Of a stretch of DNA of 64,000 bases, positions 1-12,406 are shown piece by piece (within the stretch, counting starts at the first letter, position 1; each line of letters begins with the position of its first letter). The DNA is from Adineta vaga (Eukaryota > Animalia > Rotifera). The notes below the pieces were generated by a model. The model saw only the letters and a list, made by a program, of their open reading frames with translations. It did not search any database and was not told the DNA's origin. The translations under genes and the position numbers were made by a program. The stretch is taken from positions 13,702,001 to 13,766,000 of the forward strand of contig CP075495.1 of the NCBI GenBank assembly GCA_021613535.1, in the 5' to 3' direction.

Positions 1-138
1 ATGAATTTCAACAAGAAAACTGATCAAGAGATAGTATATATAATTCGACTGAATTAATGATTCTTTTTTTTTCTTCTATTCTTATATGAAAGAATTGCCC
101 TTGAATACAATGAAATTACAAATATCGTCTGTTTATAA

Positions 139-749
139 TTAGATATCAAATGGACTGGCAATTTTTGCCAAAGTTGGATCATGTAAACAACCATCAATGA
201 ATTCTTGTTTAGTTAAAACTTTATCACGATTTTCATCGAAAGAAAGCATCAAAGTTTCTACATATGTCTTCGCTTCTTCTTGAGATAAACCAACAATTCG
301 ACAGATAATATTTAGAATTTTTTCTGCTTCTTTCTTTTCAATCCGTTCATTTTCATTGATATCGAATACTTCAAATGCATATTCAAATTTCTGTCGCGTA
401 GTTCCTGTTGTTGTCGCAATATAAGCAAGAAGAAATTCATTAAAATCAATTGTACCTAAATGAAACGAAACTATTCGAATTAAATTGAATGAAATGAACA
501 ACATTTACCAGAATGATCAGTATCAAATGCGCGAAAAAGATGATCAGTAATTTGTTCTAATTTCGGATTTTTTCTTAATTTTGTATAAAATAATTGAAAT
601 TGTCGTTTATTCATTCGATCTGTTTCATCACTTTCAATATGAAAATCGGCATACCATTTACGAATTTCATCTTCAGTTTTACCACTAAGTTTAACTAACA
701 ATTGTACATCTTTGTCATTAAAAACACGTGCAGTTTGTTGATTTCCCAT
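139..749 (-). CDS. Neuronal calcium sensor (NCS/recoverin family) EF-hand protein, 2 exons (749-509, 455-139)
   Basis: MGNQQ start (Gly2 myristoylation). A 53-nt GT-AG intron at 508-456 joins 'FRAFDTDHSG|TIDFNEFL'. Further EF-hand loops AFEVFDINENERIEKKE and FDENRDKVLTKQEFIDGC follow the NCS-1/hippocalcin layout. Confidence 0.88.
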
Positions 750-1999
750 GTCTCTATATTTTCTTGGTAAGAAACTTTTATGATACTCTTACATTCATCA
801 CATGCGATAGTGTATAATGTAACTATTTACTTTACATTTTCGTCATTTTTTCTTCGTTATAGAACAACTACAAAAAAGAAGAAAAGAAAAATACAGAACG
901 ATTAACAGATATTAGTATATGTATGCTTTGCCTTTGAATATAAGCGTTCTATTGACTAGATATTATATTTATTTGTTAGACATTTCATATGTTGTTTTTG
1001 TTGAATTACGTATTAAAAAAATATTTTAGAAAGAAATGATATTTGAATATCAAATTGAATGGTCAAAATGACATTTGCCAGGCACGAGACAATTGTTAAT
1101 TGTTAAAACGTTTTCATCTACTTCTTTTTCTTATTAAAATAATAACTTAGACAAGAAAAGAGTTGAAGGAAAGTTTTGTTGACAATCCATGTACATACAT
1201 ACACACACACACAGTAGAGGATGAAAAAAGCTTGTAAGAAAGTGAAATTTCATTTTCTTTTTGTTTTATTTTATTTCAAAACTACCTCCGCTTCTTTTCC
1301 TCCGGCATTCATATACATCACAGTCAATTAAGCAGTGCACTCCAACTGGATTTCGTCTTTTTCTTCTTAGATATCCTATATAACTTTGAATCTTATTGTT
1401 TTCCTTTCATCCGTCGACAGGCTTGTATGCTTCGATTGTGTCCTCGAAAAAAAGGTTTACTCTCTTTTCTTTTTTTATTCGCTTCGCTTTTTTTTTCATC
1501 AACATACATAACGAAAAAGCACGGAAAGAAAGGAAACGAAAACGCACTCAATACGTATACTTCCCGCTCACATTTTTGCATTTATGTATGTGCTTTGCAA
1601 AGAAATCAACAGACAGAGAAAAAAGAGAGAAAAAGACCGAAAAAAACGAAGAACAACCCTTTAAAAGCTAGGGCGCGCATACACGGATGCTTGACGATGA
1701 AAGAAATACGAAACGAATTGCATGAATACAATCACCATCAACGGGAAGAGAGAAAAAAAACCTAGATAAATAATCGTATGAAAAACAAAACTACTATCAA
1801 TCGTTGATTGTTTTAAAGTGTGAGAAAATTACGCAGATACTCGTGTATGCTCGATCCATAATCCGAGTGGAAATAACGAAAAAAAAATGTCAGGACTGAA
1901 TTGGCTACAGGGATGTAATCGTTTTCAGTCTTTGTTATTGTTGTTGTTCTTGTTGTTGTTATTATTGTTTTTTGTCGAGTAGTGATCGCCACAAATCTT

Positions 2000-2288
2000 T
2001 GAAGAAAAAAAAGAATCGAAAAAAACCGAAAAGAAGGCAATGTAACGAGAGAAAAAGGTGGGAGAGAAAAAATGTCATTCCGGAACACGCGCAACGACGT
2101 TTCGAAAGTTCCGGGTTGGCTGCTTTGTATTTGTTCTGTGTGAGAACGAAAGTGCGTTGCTACCTCTCTATTAATGTTACTATTCTATTTTTGATCAAAA
2201 GAGAGAAAAAAAATCGACCGTTAAGATCGGAAATAAATATTATCAAAATTATTCATCACAACGAACGAAACAAAGAAGTGCTGACAAG
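2000..2288 (+). other. Putative 5' UTR exon of the ETS gene (start approximate), followed by a ~3.6 kb first intron (2289-5900)
   Basis: Strong donor AAG|GTAAGT at 2288/2289 and acceptor TTCTAG|C-ATG at 5900. No credible coding sequence lies between them. Confidence 0.4.
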
Positions 2289-5200
2289 GTAAGTGTTCGT
2301 TGTTAAAATGTGTCTGTCCAGGTTAGATCAGTTTAAATATAAATGATCAGATTTCTATATAAGAACAAAATAAACACATTACATTGTGCTTGTGTTTTGT
2401 TACTTGTCTGTTTCCAGTAAACGAATCGATAGTTTCATCAAAAAAGCAATGTCATGTTTTTGTCCAATTTCTAATCGTATATAGATATCGCCGATTGAAG
2501 ACACTTTTTCTAGTTCATTACCGAAAATAATCACAATATCTATATTTATAAGCGTTAAATTAACTGATGATGATGATGATGATGTTATCTATTTTTAGTT
2601 CTTTTTTTTAATATTATAAGTAAAATGGTTAGACGTATGAAAATCTTCGTCGTCATTATTATGATTGTTGTCGTGTGACTGAAAGAAATGTTTCCTTGCT
2701 TTATACTTTCGTTTCGTTTTCTTTTTACTGTGTCATGTTCGTCTATATATTCTTCTTGTCTTATCACCTTCATCATAAAAAAAGAATATGCAAAATGTGA
2801 AGCTAGCTATCTTTGGAGATGGTAAACAGAACACAAACGTCTTACACAGTAAATCGACTTTCGCTTTACTTGTATCTTCTTATCTTCCGCGAACATAGTT
2901 TAACAATTCTTTCTTTTTTCAAACTTGCTTGCTTTCTGTCAAGGGCGTATCTTTTCTTTAACATTTTTTCTTCTTCTTCTTCTTCACTTTCGTCGCTGTT
3001 TTTTTTGCTCTTTCAAGTCGTGTCCCATTTCCATTCACTAGACGGGAACATTAGAATTGAAGCGATGCATAAGTCAAATGAAGCAAAACCAACAACGATC
3101 GAATTCATAGCGTATAAAATGGAAATTTTACTTGACTATGTCTATTTTACTATTCATTCTTTTCTTTATTCGTTGTTCATTGAAAAATACGATAGTCGTC
3201 TATATACATATACATTGAACAGACTTGATGAAGGGCGTCGTTTATTTCTCCTTCACTTATATTATATTTTGTTCTTTTCTTCCGATATGAACAAGAGAGA
3301 GAGAGAGAGAGGATATGATCATAGTTGTATATTTGCATATGAGAAGAATTGAAAACCTCTAACATATAAGTAGTATATTTTTGATAAGAGTCCATCTAGG
3401 TCAATGATCACATGATGATAGTGATTATAATTGAAACAAGAGACTAGTTGTTATGACCTACTTCTTCGATTTTTTTATTGGGTTGAGTATTGTAAACGAA
3501 AGGACATGACAAAAAAAATGAAGAAGAAGAGAACATTGTTGATATGATCATCATCTTTGCATTAGCACTTCTTTATGCATACAATAACGAAAAGGAAAAA
3601 TAGAGATTAGCGTAAATGCGCGCAATCAATCGACTGATGTTTATCATTGGTCTTATCAGCGTCATCATTGCATGTAAACACCTGCTGACCATCTCTCTCT
3701 CTGTATATATATATACTCATCTTTTAATTGGGTCAACTAATAATCACAGTCTGTGATAGAAAGATTGCATCTTTATATCGATAATGGCTTTTCTTAATGA
3801 TGATTGTTCAGTATTAAATGACATGACAATAGTACCATTGATGGAACATGACAATCAGATGAAAAATGGAAGAAGGAGGTGGAGAAATTCAAGAGAGACG
3901 AGACGAAATATTTTCTTTTATGTTTTGTTCCGGTCACCTCCATTCATGCACTTCACATTGAGAAAATTGCACATACTTTAGTGCTCGTTTTCATTTTGAG
4001 GTCACCGAGATAAAGACCGAAATATATATATGTATATATGCTGAGTGCATTGGTGCGGATATCGTTCAACACAATGGATTTAATATGAACGAGAAAAGAA
4101 AGAAAGAAAAACGAAAAATTTGTTTTACTTTATATGCCGTTTCGGACCTTCCTCTTCTCTGTCTGCCGTCGTCTCGACAGGTAGACGGGATGGATGATGA
4201 TGATGGAGGGGAAAAAGAGAACAGAACAAGGCCAGCGTATATATATATGTGTATTTAAAAAGCAACTTGAAATTATTCCTTTTCTTTTCTCATCACAGAA
4301 TGACCGAAAGGCGGCAAGAGCACAGAAAACAGAACAATATATGAGAATAAAAGAGCGAATAACGAAAGAATGAGAGCGAAAGAAAACGGGATATGTCCTT
4401 CTCTGTGAAAGAATCGCGCTCTTGAACTTCCAAGGTAGACGATATCAACGTAGACAGTAAAATCAAAAATAATGGATCTCTCTTTTCTCCTTCTCGTTCT
4501 CTCTCTCTCGCTGTTTCTCCTTGCTTGACCCACAATAAATTTTCGAAGTAAGAAGGTCATTTGTGAGTATTTTCTCTTACTTTTAAACAATCGAAAGAAA
4601 CAATGCTGTAAGTATAATCAAAACCAAGTACTAAAATCTCTATCTTTTCCCATCAATCATCATGTCTTTCTGCCTACTGGCACTTCCCTGAACTTGTCTT
4701 TTCTTATTCTTCATACTAATCAAATGAAGGTTGTCTCATAAATAGGTCTTCTTTCGACCAGTCATCCATCTTCTATACATATCCATATACTATATAATGA
4801 AACGAATCCATCAGTTAACTGCAAAGAAAACATTCAATTTGAATTTCTTTCGTTTTCTTGCTTGGTCAATGACCAAAGTAAATCTATTATTATCGTTGTT
4901 CTACCGCCTACTTATAGATTATCCACCTTATCATCTGTTATCCCTTTTCTCATAAAGTAAACGTACGGAAGTTTACATTATTTATAAAACTAACTACGCA
5001 GAAGGTGAATAAGTATGTTTTATTGTTTGATCAACGTCATTTATCACTGACTAACTATGAATATATATATATATGGATGTTATATTCTACTACAGTAGGA
5101 TCGTTGAATAAAAACGACGAAAAAAATATGTACAAACGTATGTGTTTCTGATAGATACATAATGCAGACATTAATCTTCTCCTTTTTTTATTATACTTTT

Positions 5201-5901
5201 TGTTCGCCTTGATCAAATTATTCCTATTGTGTCTATAAGTAAGCATCTTATTATACGGTGATATAATTTTTTCTTTTCCGTGTGATAGTATACATTTCGT
5301 GATGCATCATCGATTGCATCCACTTTTTTCCTTTGCTTACTTTATTCATTCGATTCTCTCTTGCTTTCTTTTACCCTCACACTTTCTCTTCTCTGTCTCT
5401 CTCTTCTGTATCTTGATTATATTCTGATTTTTATTCGTTATACATGCAGGAAACGTCGTTATGTACATAGTTAGTCTTCGGAAGTACTAATAGATAGTTT
5501 TCGCATGCCATTCTTTTCGAATTATTCTTATTTTTTTTCCTGTCTTTATCATCATATAGCTAATAGCAGAAAGAAAACGACAAAAGAGAAGAAGAAGAAG
5601 AAGAGAAGAGAAGAAGGAGAGAGAGAGAGAAAAACGTGTCGTTCGTTATCGAGGGTGTGATGACCATATTATCAGGTGCACAACCGTCGTCGTTGCTTGC
5701 CGCTGTCTTTCGTGCTTCCTTGTGTATATATACAGAAAAGGAAGGATAAGATGATGTGCTTTGCACCGTGCGTTACTGCTCCTTTCTGTTTTTCTTCTTC
5801 TTTTTCTCTTAGCTCTCGTTTTTTTTTTCGTTAGATATATAAATGTGTGCACAAGAACAAACCAGAGTCCATTTGTTTATCTGTTTCCTTCTTATTCTAG
5901 C

Positions 5902-8468
5902 ATGGTAGCACATAGCGGGAATTCTGCGGTAAAGACCACAACTAATTCAACTCTACCGACAAATAATTATATACCATCAACATTTAAAATGAATTTTCCA
6001 CAAAATTTACGTATGTATTTTCAACGACGAAAATAAAGTTTCGAAATAAATAAATTATTATCTATGTATTTATCTTTTATAAATTCAGTTAATCCAATCG
6101 ATTCATGGTCAAAGAATGATGTACAAAAATGGATTGAATACTGTATAGATGAATATTCGTTAGGAGATGTTAATTTAAACGATTTTGAAATGAATGGTAC
6201 GATTTGTTTTCAGAGAAATATTCAGTTTTAAACATACTTTCTTTTTTATCTATTAAGGTAAAGCACTGTTACTATTAAATGAAGATAGTTTTAAACAACG
6301 TTCACCACGTTCGGGTGATATTTTACATAAAGCTTTACAACAACATCGAGCAACCTTAAAAACATGGCAATGTCAAAGTAGATACAAATGATTTTAAAAA
6401 CGAAAAATAAAAACGAAATCGATATTCTTGTAGCATATCCCTATCAATTATGGAATAGTTTTGCCTTTCCTTCTTCTTCACCAACATCAACAGCAGCACG
6501 TCGTTTCAATATTCCACCACCACCTCCGCCATTATCTATTCCATCGTTTCATTCCAATGCTGCTAGTGTTCTTTCAAATCCAGCAGCTGCCGCTGCTGCA
6601 GCAGCAGCCTGCATGCATCCAGCATTTAATTATATGTTCAATCGGCCTGATATGATGTCGAAAACATCTTTATTGAATCATCAATCAAATTATTATAATT
6701 CACATCAACAACAACAACAACAACAACAACAACAGCAACAATCAACAAGAAATCGTGAGATATCAGCTTCATCTTCATCATCTTCGGCATCATCATATGG
6801 TCCAGAAGGTGCATCAGGTTTGTTAAGGTTTCTAACATAAGAGCACTTTTAACTATTTACTTCTGCCTCGTTTTAGTCAAAACATCAGTTAAATCTGAAA
6901 CTTTTCATCCGGTGAATGATTCTGTTGGTGTCAAACGTGAAGCAATATCTCCAAATTTTCAACAAGCAAATCGTCAACCAACACCAAATAGTTCACCTTT
7001 AACAACTTCAACAATGACAACTGTTAGTCCATCAATAAAACAAGAATGTATTGATGATGAAGATGTCGATATTGAACAACATGAAACGGCACCAACCCCA
7101 CCTATTACATCGAGTTCTCCATCATCATCTCCTCAATCATCATCATCATTTCTACTATCGAAATCTAAACATTTAAATAATGATACGACTTCATTTAAAA
7201 TTCGTTCACAATTATTATCACGAATAAAACAGCAACCAAATGATGTTACAAATACTGGTGAAATGAAAGATGATCTAGAACGAAATAGTCTAGCAAATGA
7301 TAATTCAAGACAAATACGATATTATCATGATCGAATTGATTTTCGTGGAGATATTTTAATGAAACCACCTGCAGCAAAAAGTAAATTCGTTTTTGTCGTA
7401 AAGTTTTTTTTTTGTATTCATACAATTGTTTATAGATTGTCGTATTCTATGGGAATTTCTATATATTCTACTTGAAGATCCACATTATGAATCGATTATT
7501 CATTGGGAAAATCGTGAAAAAATGATCTTTCGAATAATTCAAGCTGACAAACTTGCTGCACTTTGGGGTATGTATAAATACATCGACATCATCGTTTCAT
7601 CGATTTGAATTTATTGTAGGTCTACAAAAAAATCGTCTGTCCATGACTTATGAAAAATTATCACGTGGTATGCGTTATTATTATTCAAATAATATCATAT
7701 CCAAAGAACAATCAAAACGTTTACTTTATCGATTTATGCGTTCACCAGATGAAATTCGAAAAAGTATGAAACGTAACGGTGGTTCAACTAATATGATATA
7801 TTCAAGTTTAAACAAGAAAATGTCACTTTCATATCAACCTTCAACTAGTCCTGATGATAAAGAAACGAATGTAAAATATAGTCCAGGTAATACAATCATT
7901 AAAAAAAGTGTTTTTCGGTTTTCAAAAAATTTAAATTTTTGTAGAAAATGATGACAATTCTTCATCTTTATCACCATCACAATTTCCTAATTCAACATCA
8001 TCACCAACGCAAATACAACATCAACTTCTTCAATTACTTTCTATTTATTCACCAACAGCTACATCCATACAATCAAATTTAAATCCAGCAACTGCACTTT
8101 TATTTGCAGCACGTAATGCGACAAATAATTCATCATCAACATACAATACAAAATCGATTCCATTATTGACAACGATTTCTAAAAGTGATCGATCGAATTC
8201 ATCGTCACCAGAATCAGTGGATAGTAATCGTGATCGTACAAGTGACAGTGAAAAACAACATTGTAGTCCATCTCAATCCTTATCATCATCAACATCATCC
8301 TCTTCAGCATCAACAAAACGTAAACAAGCCGTTCCATTATCATTAACCGCTCGTCTATCTTATCAACAACATCATCTTGATCAACCACTTAATTTAGCAG
8401 TCAATAAAGAAGATACAATCGCAGATTGTAAAAAACTCAAACTAACTTCTTCTCCGTCCATTGCGTGA
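5902..8468 (+). CDS. ETV6: ETS transcription factor with PNT/SAM domain, ETV6/ETV7 (Tel/Yan) subfamily, multi-exon
   Basis: Spliced PNT domain [29 protein letters not shown]|[23 protein letters not shown] (about 6089-6377). ETS domain [37 protein letters not shown]|[35 protein letters not shown] parallels ETV6 DCRLLWDYVYQLL...RLLFRFMKTPDEI. Confidence 0.9.
6703..6740 (+). repeat. (CAA)n microsatellite encoding a polyQ tract in the ETS factor
   Basis: Direct read caacaacaa...cagcaacaa, translating to [13 protein letters not shown]. Confidence 0.9.
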
Positions 8469-8858
8469 TCGAACAGTTTCTTTGCTTTTTCCGAACAGTC
8501 GAATCTATGCCATTCTTCTATACATTTCAAAAAAAACCATTACATCAGTTCGGTTTTTCTATCAAAATCTTTTGTTAGACAAGTAGCTGTAGATCAGTGT
8601 GTATGTCTTATTATTCCATATTCTATTTGTTTTCCTTTGTTCCACCATATCATATGCATTATGTGATACGAAATGCTCTTTAGAAAGAAAAACAAACAAA
8701 AAAGAAAAATCAAAACTTGTTTTTTTTAATGTACATTCCTTGTGCTTGATTTATTACCTTTGTTCATTCTCTTTTTTTTGTCGTCTGTTTCGGGGGGATA
8801 TTGGTTGTTTAAGATGAAACTATTCGTTTTGTTTTCTATATATGTATTTGTGTGAGTT

Positions 8859-8882
8859 TGTGTGTGTGTGTGTGTGTGTGTG
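8859..8882 (+). repeat. (TG)n microsatellite
   Basis: Direct read of about 12 TG units. Confidence 0.9.
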
Positions 8883-9442
8883 CTTCAAATGATGGGTGAG
8901 ATTAAGCAGCAAAAGAAAAATACAAACATGAAAAATGTATATTGTAGTTTCTCTACTCTTTCTTGTGTGTTTTCTTTCGATCTTGTTTTCGTTTGTTTTT
9001 TTTTGAATCAGGTTGTTATCGTTTTTTTTTCTTCTTCTTTGATCTTCTTCCATGCATATTGCAAACATAATGAAGTCGTCCCGAGTTTTTGATCAACATA
9101 TTTTGATTTCTATTGATGTGCATGTAAAAGTTATGATGTGAATCATTTCAGGATAATTACAAAGGAAATACTCACATTTCTCTTACTAGATTTATCAGAT
9201 TTGTACTCGATATCCTTAAAATCATTCATAAATAGTCAAACGTTATTTCTTTTGTCTTCTTTTCAATCGATATTGTCAAATGAAATGAGAACGATAAGCC
9301 TTCACACATGTTTGCTTATTATGTTATTGTTACGGTCGAATTCGTTACATGTATACAATAGTGATATACCGTATTTCGTCATTTTTTCGTTATTGTTTGA
9401 ATGTATGTAATTTGAGTTAGTACGGAAGAAAATACTGAAATT

Positions 9443-9997
9443 ATGACCGAAGATCAGCATCAATCGACACGTTATTTAATCCAAGAAAAATATTTATCAT
9501 TGGAGAAGAGATTTACTATAACTGACAATGCTGGAACAATTCGTTATATAGTAAATTCTTCGTTTTTTACTATGGGTGATAAATTACAGATATCGGATGC
9601 TAATGGAAATGAAGTGATGAGAATACGTCAAGATAATTTACATTTTCATTTAACATATAGAATATTTTCGACTTATTCTGGTGCAACTGAACGTGAATTA
9701 GCTCTTATAAAACGAACTGGTCCAATGTGGCAACATAAATTACAAATCAATTCTATTAATGGTGAATATATAATTGAGAAAAAAGGTAGTACATCTTCGA
9801 ATGAATTTACCTTAACTAAAAACGATAATGTTATTGGCATTGTTACTAAAGATGCTTCGCCGACAAAAACTTTCTATTGGGTGGATATTATTGATAGTAA
9901 CGAACAAGATCATGCTTTATTATTAGCAATGATCATTGTTTTTTCATGCGCTCAACGTTTATCAATGAATCCTATGGCTAAACCTGCTATCAAATGA
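9443..9997 (+). CDS. LURP-one-related / YxjI-like (Tubby C-2, scramblase-like) protein, intronless
   Basis: RYLIQEKYLSLEKRFTITDNAGTIRYIVNSSFFTMGDKLQISDANGNEVMRIRQ...YWVDIIDSNEQDHALLLAMIIVF matches the LOR pattern of a beta-barrel plus terminal hydrophobic helix. Confidence 0.8.
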   Translation: MTEDQHQSTRYLIQEKYLSLEKRFTITDNAGTIRYIVNSSFFTMGDKLQISDANGNEVMRIRQDNLHFHLTYRIFSTYSGATERELALIKRTGPMWQHKLQINSINGEYIIEKKGSTSSNEFTLTKNDNVIGIVTKDASPTKTFYWVDIIDSNEQDHALLLAMIIVFSCAQRLSMNPMAKPAIK

Positions 9998-10962
9998 ATA
10001 AAATAGAATAGAACTACATATATCTATCTGTGTAACTATAGATGAGCAACAGTATCATGTACAAATGTTCATAATACGTATGTATACATATATATATATT
10101 TATTTAATAAAGATATACAAAGAGATCATTGATTATTCAATTGAACTGTATTTGTGAAACTTTCTATACGATCGCTTTTTCTTCTTGCCTATCTGAGGAT
10201 CATCTAATGTTTCACAATCGGAATGAAAAATATTCATTAGTATTATTTTCTTTTTAATATTTGTTAATCGAAGACTAATTTTGTTGTTCTAGTCAAATCA
10301 TAACAAGAACAATATCCTCCAATTTGTACACTGTTCCGTGTTATATCGATAGATGACTTGTCTAATTGGTATCTATACAATTTCTTCAGAATAACTCAAA
10401 CCTTGAGTCAATGACATAAGACATAATAACAACAGATGAAGAAATCTAAGATTCTAGTAATTAGATAGTTGCCATTCTAATTCAAAGCACGGTCTTGATT
10501 TTCATGCTATCGTATGGTCTATATGATCTTTATTTGTGAACAATCTTTTTCTGCATGTTCTAACATTATGTTTATTTTAGATTTACTAATACATTCAAAT
10601 GTATGTCTTTCTATATTTAATCGAATAAATCGATGATCATAAATATTAATAAAAATTGTTAATAGATTTATTCATCGAAAGGTCATTCTGAACGTCACCA
10701 ATCGTTAACAGTGTCTGGATTAGAGAAAAGAACAAGAAGAAGATGATAGGTTCTATCTTGATGGATATATCGAGCTATTAATCTGATGAAAGAATAGACA
10801 ATTTCAACAGATGAATTTGAACTAAGTTATAACAATGTATGTCCATTCTGTAAATGCAAACGTGAATAGATTTCATGACTGAAATTTGAAACTAAAACAT
10901 TTTTTTTCTTTTCATTCAATCAGTAAATTCGTGTAAGATTGATGCTGACTATCTATCAGCTG

Positions 10963-10990
10963 AGAAGAAGAAGAAGAAGAAGAAGAAGAA
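10963..10990 (+). repeat. (GAA)n microsatellite
   Basis: Direct read of about 9 GAA units. Confidence 0.9.
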
Positions 10991-12406
10991 CAGAAAGAAA
11001 ATCTATTAAAGAACATGTCTGCTTATGACAATATTGATGGATTTCTTTGATATTATCAAATGACGATGATGATGACAAACCATCTTTCACAAATCTTTAA
11101 TTTGCTGTGCTAATGTTATAATTCATATAGAACTTGACATTGATAATATCCTTGAATTTGTATTTACAGTCTATGAAACACACCTGTTTTCTAGTAATCA
11201 TAAGTCTTCAAATTCTTCGACGACAATAAGAAAAAAAAAGTCATTCGGAGAAAGCTAAAATAAATTCCTTATCATATATAGACAATCATAGACTGATTAC
11301 GACATTACTATCGGAAGTAGTGAATGCCAAACGTTGTTAAGTAGAATATACGAGTCCATGCTTCCTGAACGCACATTATTTATTATCGATTTGTTCGAGT
11401 ATTCCTTTAAACTCAATGCTGTTATATGCTGTCGGTTCTATTATATATTTTCTTCGCTTTCTTACATCATCATAATCATCATCATCAAGCTCTTATACAT
11501 ACACATATAGACGTATTCTGTTTGTGCTACGATTGTTGATCATTTCAGTATGTTTGCCACCTACTATACATACTCAACGTATTTAAAGGCTGATCTATTT
11601 CCTTCTTCTATAGATCACGTTCACTATTTCTACGATAGCTTATATAAGAATAGGCAGACATATTGTGATTGACATAACGCATACGCATCCTATATCTTGA
11701 GACATTATATTAGATGGTCGAAGCAAGTGAGATAAGTTCATATAGTACCTTCCATCTTTGTTCTCTCTCTCTCTCGCTCGCTCGCTCTCTACCATTCTCT
11801 CTTCGGCGAGAGATATTACAGAACGACAATCAGACAGACATATACCGAGAAGAGAATCATCTTCTCTCCATTTTCTTCTTCGAGTTTTATTGTTAAATTA
11901 TTTGCTTATCATCACAAAGAACGGACAACTCCTACGTATTTCTGCAATAACTTGCATAATCGTATTTGTGACTAGCTATATATTCAGACTCGATCGTTAT
12001 ATTCATATTATCAGGACATCGTTAAAAGCGAGGAAAAAAAGAAGCAGAAAGACGATATTCAACAAAATCAAACAAGTTATCCATCTCAGTAAGCAACAAA
12101 ATGTACACACGTCGATTGATTTTTGTATCAATATCTCTGTTGGGAACACTATTAGATAGATAGACATTGTTGACGACTGATAGACAATCTTTGGCAATGA
12201 AAAATAAAAAGAGAGAGAGAAAGAGTGTTATTTGATGGGTGCACAGTAAAACCTTGATCTATCTTCTCTTTGATACTTTCATCGATAGTAATACCTTAGT
12301 TCGATATTCTAGATAATAAGTAAATTAAGCGCTACTAACTTACTTTACTATATAATTTCAGTTTTTTTTCTCGTCTGCACCTTCTTCTTCTACCTTCGTT
12401 TCTCGA

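Noticed and set aside
1393-5852. Numerous 60-180 aa ORFs on both strands
   Set aside because: Low-complexity Lys/Arg- or Phe/Leu-rich translations of A/T tracts and microsatellites, with no domain signal or consistent splicing.
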